Positions 50,481 through 59,654 of a DNA stretch of 64,000 nucleotides are shown here, piece after piece. Positions within the stretch are counted from its first letter, which is position 1. Every line of letters begins with the position of its first letter. The notes under the pieces were generated by a model that was not told the DNA's origin, did not search any database, and saw only the letters and a program-made list of their open reading frames with translations. The position numbers were made by a program, and so were the translations under genes. The DNA comes from Centroscyllium fabricii (lineage: Eukaryota), in assembly GCA_051313645.2 (NCBI GenBank), contig JBNRSN020000012.1:147250001-147314000 (forward strand), read 5' to 3'.

Positions 50481-53400
50481 CTATCTGTGCCGTTGGGGCG
50501 GTCGGATCATGCGGCCGGACCGTGTTGCTAGCTGTTGCTGGTTCTGCGTTGGAGTGTGGGCGGGTTTTGGTGCGGGAGGGCGACCGCGTTGTGGTGGTTG
50601 TGCGGGGACCGTGGTCTCGCCCGCTGTCACGTGTGCCGGCTTGAGCCGGTCTATTGTTACTGTTTCAGTCCTTTTGCCCATTTGTAATTCAAAAGTTTTG
50701 TTTCCCGCCCGAAGCACTCTATAAGGGCCATCGTAAGGTGGCTGTAAAGGGGCTCGGTGCCCGTCTCGTCGGATGAACACCCATTTGGCGTTTTTGATGT
50801 CTTCTGGCACCCGAGCTGCCGGCTCTCCATGCCGGGCCACTGGTAATGGTTGAAAAGCTCGTGCCGGGTTTGCCCAGTCCTTTAAATACTGGTCTGCTGA
50901 CCAGGGGGTGTTGGCCTCAGCCAAAAATTCGCCCGGTACCGTTAAAGCCTTGCCGTAGACGAGCTCTGCTGCTGAGGCGTTGAGGTCCTCTTTAACTGCC
51001 GACCGCAGCCCGAGGAGAACCCATGGAAGGCGATCGGTCCATGAAGCGTCTTTCATTGTGGCCCGAAGCGATGCCTTCATTGAGCGGTGGAACCGTTCGC
51101 ATAGGCCGTTCGCCTGTGGATGGTATGCGGTGGTCCTGTGTAGTGTCACCCCAAGGTCGCGGGCGATGGCTGCCCATAATGTCGACGTGAACTGGGGTCC
51201 TCTGTCGGAGGTGATGTCCGTGGGCACGCCGAATCGGGTGACCCATGTGGCGATGAACGCCCTGGCCAGGTCCGTGGTGTTGGTGGCAGTAAGGGGCACT
51301 GCTTCAGGCCAGCGAGTGTTGCGGTCGACCATGGTCAGTAGGTGCGTGTGTCCGCGGGATGGTGGTAGTGGCCCGACGAGGTCGATATGGACGTGGTCAA
51401 AGCGTCTGGCCGGTACCTTAAAATTTTCCAGCGGTGCCCTAATGTGCTTGTGCACTTTGGAGCGCTGGCAGGCTATGCAGGAAGTGGCCCAGGCGCGGAC
51501 GTCTTTGCGCAGGCCGCGCCATACAAACCAGGCCGATATAAGTTTAGTGGACGCGCGGACGCCGGGGTGGGACAGGTCGTGGAGGGTCGTAAAGATTCGT
51601 TCCCTCCAAGCGGGGGGTACGACGGGCCTGGGTTGCGATAACGAAACGTCGCAGCAAACGATGGTGGCAGCGGGGCTGTGCGGGACATTGGCCAAGCGTA
51701 GGCCGGGAAGTTTGGTGGCGGCGTTGAGTAGGTCGGGGTCGGTCAGCTGGTCCATGGCCAGCTGGGCGTAATCAACTGCCATTTGGGCGGCGTTGATAGT
51801 GGGGCGTGAAAGGCAGTCAGCGACCACGTTGTCGCGGCCGGAAATATGTTGAATGTCGGTTGTAAATTCCGACACGGCCGTGATTTGGCGCTGCTGCCTG
51901 GCCGACCAGGGTTCAGCGGCCTTAGCCATCGCAAACGTGAGTGGCTTGTGGTCGGTGAAGACTGTAAAGTGTCAGCCCTCCAGGAGGAAACGAAAGTGTC
52001 GCATCGCCAGATGGAGAGCTAGTAGCTCCCTATCGAAGGCGCTGTATTTTACCTCTGGGGGCCGGAGTTGCCGGCTGAAAAAGGCCAGGGGTTGCCATGC
52101 GTTGCCGGTCCACTGCTCAAAAACGGCCCCGACGGCGTAGTCGGAGGCGTCGGTGGTGAGGGCTACTCTGGCATTGGGCCTAGGGTGGGCTAGGAGGGTG
52201 GCGTTTGCCAGGGCGGTTTTGGTTGCGGTGAATGCGGTGGCGGCTTCGGCCGTCCACTCGACTGCAGCCTTGTTGGACTGCCCGCGGGTGGCCTGGTATA
52301 AGGGGGCCATGAGAGCGGCTGCTCCCGGGATGAAGCGGTTATAAAAGTTGACCATGCCTAAAAATTCCTGCAGCCCCTTAATAGAGTGCGGGCGGGGAAA
52401 TTCCTGTACCGCCTGTGCCTTAGAGGGTAGGGGTATGGCCCCTGCTTGGGAAATACGGTGGCCGAGGAAGTCGATAGTCTCTATGCCGAACTTACACTTG
52501 ATGGGGCTAAGGATGAGGCCGTGTTCGGTGAGGCGCTGGAACAGGGTCCTGAGGTGCAGGAGGTGTTCCTGAGGGGAGGAGCTGGCCACGAGGATGTCAT
52601 CGAAATAAACAAAAATGAACTTCAAGTCCCGTAGGACTGAGTCCATGAGGCGCTGGAAGGCCTGGGCCGCATTTTTAAGGCCGAAGGGCATCCTCATGAA
52701 TTCGAAGAGCCCGAAGGGGGTAATCACGGCCGTTTTGGGAATGTCCGCCGAGTGTACGGGCACCTGGTGGTAGCCACGCACCAGGTCGATCTTAGAAAAG
52801 ATCGTACGCCCTGCCAATCTGGCGGAAAAATCCTGGATGTGGGGTACGGGGTACCTATCCGGGGTGGTGGCGTTGTTGAGGCGGCGATAGTCGCCGCAGG
52901 GGTGCCAACCTCCGTCGGGCTTGGGGGCTATGTGGAGCGGGGAGGACCAGGGGCTGCTGGAGCGGCGAATTATACCGAGTTGTTCCATAGTGCGGAACTC
53001 GGTGATTGCGATCTCCAGCTTGGCTGGGTCGAGCCTACGGGCGTGTGCATGGACGGGAGGACCTGTGGTCGTTATATAGTGTTCCACCCCGTGTTTGGCC
53101 TTGCGGGCGGTGAACGTGGGGTTGGTAAGGGCGGGAAATTCCGCCAGGAGCGTGCCGTAGGCATCGCGGTCCTTGGAGCGGCATTGGGCTGCCGCGTGGG
53201 CCAGGAGTGCGGGCCCTGTGGAGCATGGGATGGTCGTCATGGTGTTTAAGTTCACCAAGCGGCGCCGAGTTACATCGACCAGTAGGCCGTTAGCGCAGAG
53301 GAAGTCTGCCCCGAGGAGGGGAGAGGTGACCTGGGCCGTTACAAACTCCCAGGTGTACGTGTGGCTCGCAAGGGTAATGGTAAGCTCGCGGATGCCGTAC

Positions 53401-54308
53401 GTTTTAATGTTGGACCCGTTGGCTGCCGCTAGTGGCGGGCCCCGGGTGCCCCGTTTGGTTTCTGCGGGGGAGGCTGGCACGATGCTGTGCTGCGCGCCTG
53501 TGTCGCAGAGGAACCTGAGGCCGGTGCTGCTGTCTGTGGCGAAGAGGAGTGCTCCTGTGTGGCCTACAGACATGGTGGAGGCTGAGTTGGGTCTGGGCTT
53601 AAAAGTGCATGGCTGTACGCAGCGGTGCGCTTTGTGCTCAAACCGCGTGTGATAGTAGCACCAGCCGGTGCTAGAGGGACGCGGTTGTCTAGGCGGGCGC
53701 GGGGCCTTAGGTTCGGGCGTAAAATTGTGCCTGGGGGGTGAATAGTTGCGCTCTACCGATGCCGAGTTATGGGCGCACGTGGTGGAGCTGGTGCGCTGCG
53801 CTGCCATCAGCCTGTCGGCTTCCTCGCCGAGTTCATCGTCGCTACGATGGGCTAGGGCCGCCAAAGCCGGTCTGATGGCGCGGGGCAATTTGAGGAGGAA
53901 GACTGTGCGAAATAGGGTGGCAGTATTGGTAGTGAGCGCCTGCATCTGACCTAGGAGGTCCGATGGGTCGGTGTCCCCGAGTTCGGGGAGGTCGAGGAGC
54001 TGGCAGTCGCGCTCAAACTGGGAAGGGGTAAACTTTTTAATTAGCGCGGCCTTAAGCGTTTCATACCTGCCTGCAGAGGGCACGTGCTGGATCGTTGACC
54101 ACATCCTATCGACGGTCGTTTGGGGCAGGGCTGTGAACACCAAGTCGTAGCGGTCGTCCCCGTTGATGCCATTTGAACGGCAGCTGGCTTCTATGCAGCT
54201 GAACCAGGCTGCTGGCCGTTGCTCCCAGAACTCGGGCAAAACAAGTCCGCGCCCGGTGCTCCGTCCAGCTCCCTGTGATCGTGGAGCTTGGTTCCTTGTA
54301 TTGGACAT
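50481..54308 (-). pseudogene. gag-pol: gag-pol with a premature stop in RNase H
   Basis: CGA>TGA at 51972-51974; YLDD>YFDD; otherwise collinear with copy 1. Confidence 0.94.
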
Positions 54309-54400
54309 GTTTTTTTTTTAAAGTCCTTGGCTGGGGTTCCTAAATCCTGCAGCAGCTTTTTTCTTTACTGGAATTCGTTCCAGTCGTCGAGGGTCACCAC

Positions 54401-54645
54401 TGTTGTGCTGCAGGTATCCAAAAACCACACAGAGTCAGAGCTAAGGAAAAACACACCTTTACTCAACAGTTATAAACATGGAAGAGGCAGAACCACGAGG
54501 TACAAAACATATTTAAACGGTCCCGCCGTTGGTGACGTCATCACGTCCGCCGACGTGGTGACGTAATCGCATCACGCGGATGAGCGGGCTGCGCTCCGCG
54601 GAGCTCCGTTGGAGGATTCGATCTCCCAGCGGGTGTGCCGCTACA
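54401..54645 (-). repeat. 5' LTR of Gypsy copy 2
   Basis: TG...CA on the minus strand, followed by the PBS. Confidence 0.95.
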
Positions 54646-56380
54646 GTGACATGTTTAGGGGTTTCGTTCTATTACATGATAGGCTTAGGGGTTCAGTTAT
54701 GTTACAAGATGTCAGATTTGTGGGTTCAGTTATATTACAAGGTGTCAGTTTTAGGGGTTCAGTTCTATTACAAGGTGGCAGGTTTAGGGTTTCAGTTCTA
54801 TTGCAAGACGGTATGTTTAGGCATTCATTTCTATTACAAGGAGATAGGTTTAGGGGTACAGTTCTATTACATGGTGACAAGTTATGGGGTTCTGTTCTAT
54901 TACATGGTGGCATGTTTAGTGGTTCAGTTCTACTACAAGGAGGTAGGTTTAGGGGTTCAATTCTATTTAATGGGGATATGTTTAAGGGTTCAGTTCTACT
55001 ACTAAACGATGGGTTTAGGAGTTCCGTTCTATTACAAGGCAAAGCTTTTAGGGGTTCAGTTCTATTACAATGTGTTCAATTTGGGGGTTTAGTTCTATTA
55101 CCAGGTGATAGGTTTATGTTTTCAGTTTCATTACAAGGTGTCAGTTTTAGGGGCTCTGTTCTATTATAATGCGGTACATTAAAGGTTCAGTTTTATTACA
55201 ACACTGAAGGTTTAGGGGTTCAGTTCTAGTACAATGCTGCCGGTTTAGGGGTTCCATTTTATTACAAGGTATCAGGTTTAGGGGTTCTGTTCTATTACAA
55301 GGCAAATGTTTAGGGGTTCCGTTTTTTTACTACATGGTAATTTTAGGGGTTCAGCTCTATTACAATGTGGCATGTTTAGAGGTACAGTTCTATTACAAAC
55401 CGGCGGATTTAGGGATTCAGTTTTAGTACAAGGCAACAGTTGTAGGGGTTCAATGTTATTACATGGCGACAGGTTTAGGGGTTCACATCTATTGTCAGGT
55501 TTAGGGATTCAGTTATATTACAAGGTGGCATGTTTAGGGGTACAGTTCTATTAAAAGGTGTAAGGTTTAGGGTCTCAATTTTATTACAAGACAGCAGGTT
55601 TAGGGTTTCAGTTCTATTACAATGCAACATATTTAGGGGTTCAGTTCTGTTACATGATAGGTTTAGGGGTTCCGTTATATTACAAGGTGTCAGATTTGTG
55701 GGTTCAGTTATATTACAAGGTGTCAGGTTTAGGGTTTCAGTTTAATTACAAGGTGGCAGGTTTAGGGGTACAGCTCTATTATAAGGGGGTAGGTTTAGAA
55801 GTTCATTTCCATTACAACAATGAAGGGTTAGGGGTTCCATTCTATTACAAGTCAACAGGGTTAGGGGTTCAGTTCTATTACAAGGTGGTAGGATTAAGTG
55901 TTCAGTTCTAATATAAGTTGGTAGGTTTAGGTGTTCAGTTCTATTACAAGGCGGTAGGGTTAGGAGTTCAATTCTATTACATGGCGGTAGGTTTAGGGAT
56001 TCAGTTCTATTACTAGGCGATGGGTTTAGGGGTTCCGTTCTATTATGAGGCGGTAGTTTTAGGGGTCAGTTCTATTACATGGCAGCTGGTTTAGGGGTTC
56101 AGTTCTATTACAAGGCAGCAGGTTTAGGCATTCAATTCTATTACAAGGTGGTAGGTTTAGGGGTTCTGGTCTATTACAAGGCAGTAGGTTTAGGGGTTCA
56201 GATCTATTACAAGGCAGTAGGTTTAGAGGTTCAGTTCTATTACATGGTGATAGGTTTAGGATGGGTGTGCTGCCTCGAGTGGCTTGAGCTGGGGACTCTC
56301 TAATAGTTCTACCAGGCGATGGCACCCCTCAATGTTCAATTGAGGTGCGAGCCCACTCGGGGTTCTATTGCATTGAGAAC

Positions 56381-57737
56381 TGTAGGGGGTTTAGCTGGGT
56401 GGTGTGCGAGGTCGGTTTGGCCCGTACCTGCCCGTGAGCAGTTTCGATGCACTCCCATTCCCCCTCCTGATTCTGGACACTAGGCTTATTGCCAGACTAC
56501 TGATGGTGCAATAACACAGGTAGACAAATGACTTGCGTGAGTCAAACAAACGTAAAGGTTTTATTGAAAAGAAAATTATTGATAGCACACTACAGGTAAA
56601 AACAATTCAATCGCTATATATTGGTACAGGTTTGGGAAGCGCACAACACATCGAGGGATATAAATGACAGTTTTAGCAATCCCTTAACCTTAATTCCCTC
56701 CCCCCCTATACCTATACCTAACCTGGTCAACTACCAAGGGCCAGAATTCATGCTCACCAGAGTGGGATTAATAAAACAAGGTTTTGAGTTTAGGCTCTGG
56801 TCTTTCAGGCATTCCGTCTTGACGTAGTCTTCAGGGCTGCAGTGCGTACATGCCACGCAACTTCTCGGCCCTCAGGGCTGAACGCATCGTAGTCTCACAT
56901 TTGCTGAGGCGATGAATCTTCTTCTTCTTCTTCTGAGTTGATGGAACTTCTTCTGGCAAATGAGTGCTGGGGGCCCGATCATTCGAAGCTTACCCCAGCC
57001 ACCCCAGATGCCAGCTTATCGACTTTAAACTCGCGGACAGCCACTAGTTTGGAGCGACAAATCCGTCACTCCCTTTTCTTGGGCGAGGCCTACCCTTGCT
57101 CCGGTCCGTACTGAGGTGTTTTTCACTGTCCCGCTTAGTACCTGGCCCCAGTTGAGTCCCTGCCTCATGGTATGGCATGGGCGATGGCCAAGGAGGAGTG
57201 TGGACTACAGTACGGACCGGGGTCGTGCCTGTGCATGGACCAGAGCACGAACTTTCTTCAGTTGCCCACCTTCAAGCATTCCCAAATGTCTCCGGCTGTT
57301 GTTCTCATTCACTGTCATTCCCCTGTTATACTCTTTGAATAGTGCCTTATCTTGGTGCCAAAATCAGGTTAGTCCTTTGTTTAATTTTGGCAGGCTACTG
57401 TGTATCAAAAGTCGTTACTTAATTTGAAACAACCTCAAAATGGTTGATCTCCTTCTAATGGCCTTATTTACGGCCTGGCTTTGTGTGATCTGTACCTTAA
57501 CACTGGTATGTGTAGCTGAATAGAAGTGACTTGTTTTGATGTTTTGCCCATAATAAACGCTGATCGTTATCCCATTAAGTGTCTTTTGTTTTAGCTCTGT
57601 TGCTGGGGAAAAATGACTAGTTTTTAGCTGCGGACATGTGATCCCAGACTTAATTTTGTCCATTTTTAAATGTGTCCATTTTACTGCAAGCTCCTTTGCA
57701 TGGGCTGGGAAAAGCAGGACATTTTGTGAATCCTACA
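56381..57737 (-). mobile_element. Probable solo LTR (1357 bp) of a different LTR family
   Basis: TGTAGG...CCTACA termini; 4-bp TSD GAAC (56377-56380 / 57738-57741); AATAAA on the minus strand at 56560-56565; no coding capacity. Confidence 0.8.
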
Positions 57738-58216
57738 GAACTCTCTCATGCTCCCTTGAGTTGAGTCTAGGGTTACAATGTAGCTGTGACAAAATTCTGG
57801 AGTTCTATAGCACAGTGAGTCATACCTCCATGTGGTCCCACTAGGCAGCACCCTGGCTAAACGACTCGCTGAGAAACTCCAACAAATTAGGCAGAGTAAG
57901 CAAACTTACTCAGCATCTTGCGAGTTACCGCAGGGCCATGAGCAGCTCAGGGAGCCTCAGGTCTGTAAGTCTTTCATCTCAATACTGGGGAGCCAGTGTT
58001 ACAAGTAGCTGTGGCTTCTTTTGAGTTGTAAGTCATGGTGGGTCGTACCATAAGGTTGTCCTGCTGGCGACACAAGGGTGTAGCCAAACTGACATGGGAG
58101 TAACTCAAACATGATCGGCGGCGATCATTCCTTCCCGTAGGAGGGGACTGAACAAAGAAAACAAAGCTTGATACCCTGCAGGGGTCAGACTGAGTCAAGG
58201 CCTCAGACAAGCGCCT

Positions 58217-58755
58217 ATGCCCACCACCAAATGCATCTTCCCATCACCTCCCCTTTCCGCATTTCATAGGGACCACTCCCTCCGTGACACCCTAGTCTAC
58301 TCCTCTGCCACCCCCAGCACCCCTTCCCCTTCACCCAACACCTTCCCGTGCAAGCGCAGGAGATGCAACACGTGCCCTTATAACCCCCCCTTCCCACTGT
58401 CCAGGGCCCCAAACACCCCTTCCAGGTGAAACAGCGATTTACGTGTGCTTCCTGCAATTTAGTATACTGCATTCGCTGCTCACGATGTGGTCACCTCTAC
58501 ATCCGGGAGACCAAACGCAGATTGGGTGACCACTTTGCGGAACACCTCCGTTCAGTCCGTAAGAGGGACACCAAGCTTCCGGTGGCCTGTCACTTTATTT
58601 CTCGACTCCTCTCCCATTCAGACCTCACTCTCTGTGGCCTGTTGCATTGCTCCACGGAAACTCAGCGTAAACTCGAGGAACAGCACCTCATCTTTCGCTT
58701 TGGCACTCTACAGCCCTCTAGACTAAACATAGAGTTCAACAATTTTAGATCATAA
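58217..58755 (+). pseudogene. Penelope-like (Neptune-type) Cys-linker + GIY-YIG endonuclease fragment
   Basis: FPCKRRRCNTC linker, then a frameshift, then NLVYCIRCSRCGHLYIRETKRRLGDHFAEH...VACHF...EQHLIFRFGTLQPSRLN. Confidence 0.9.
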
Positions 58756-58786
58756 CCTCGGACCCTACCACACTTTTTTATATATA

Positions 58787-59379
58787 CAGGTTGAGCACCA
58801 TTAATCCGGCACGGGCGGGACCAGGCCAGTGCCGGGAAAGTGAAAATCCCGAACGATTGAAGCTTCGGAGAGCGCATGCGCAGACCATTCAAAATGGCCA
58901 CCGTGAAATGACGGCGGCCAGTTGGAGTGATCAGCGCAAATCATTCGGCGAGTCCCGGCCCAGCATCATTCGGATGGTCCCGGCCCACGTTCGGAAATTC
59001 TTGCCCAGCCCGCGTTCGAGGAATCCCGGCCCAGCCCGCGTTCGGGGAATCCTGGCCCAGCCCGCGTTCGGGGAATCCCGGCACAGCCCGCGGTCGGGGA
59101 ATCCCGGCACAGCCCGCCTTTGGGGAATCCTGGCCCAGCCCGCGTTCGGGGAATCCTGGCCCAGCCCGCGTTAGGGGAGTCCTGGCCCAGCCCGCTATTG
59201 GCTCGGAGAGACTATTGTGAATGATCTGCGCATGCACTCGCCGTTCGGCGGCGCATGCGCAGATCATTTGCCGAAGCATCAATCGCGCCGGCCATTTTGC
59301 GCGGCGCAGTCAGGGAAATTATTGCCGGACGTTCGAAGCTGCCGGTTTTTCGGGTAACGGATTAACGGTGCTCAACCTG
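58787..59379. mobile_element. Tc1/mariner Tigger-like MITE (593 bp)
   Basis: 22-bp TIRs CAGGTTGAGCACC(A/G)TTAATCCG with one mismatch; TA TSD on both sides. Confidence 0.9.
59004..59195 (+). repeat. 26-bp GC-rich minisatellite inside the MITE (~7.5 units)
   Basis: CCCAGCCCGCGTTCGGGGAATCC(C/T)GG at 26-bp spacing. Confidence 0.92.
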
Positions 59380-59617
59380 TAAATATTTTCTCTCTTTTTT
59401 CAATCCACACTTTCATCTGGGCTTTTTTTCTTTTTTCTCTTTTTTCTTTACTCTGCCAGAGCTGTTCACACCTATCCAGAGCCATCCTGTGTTCCTTGAA
59501 TTTCTCCCTATGTCTCTTATCTCCCCTGCCTTCTAGCCTGTCGCTGAATCCCCTTTGTTCTTTCAGCCCCTCCCCCTTTCCCCAGCCCCCACCAGCTTTC
59601 AAATCTATCCCCTCTCC

Positions 59618-59654
59618 AGTTCTGACGAAGGGTCTTCGACCTGAAACGTTAACT
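59618..59654 (+). ncRNA. Minimal type I hammerhead ribozyme in the Penelope pLTR
   Basis: AGTT-CTGACGA-AGGGTCTTCGACCT-GAAAC-GTT-AACT: intact core, stem I AGTT/AACT, stem II hairpin, palindromic ACGT stem III. Confidence 0.85.

Larger units (their letters stand above)
50193..54645 (-). mobile_element. Full-length Gypsy (CsRn1-like) copy 2, defective
   Basis: 245-bp LTRs with 4 differences; TSD GTGA (50189-50192 / 54646-54649); PBS 54385-54399; body nearly identical to copy 1. Confidence 0.96.
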
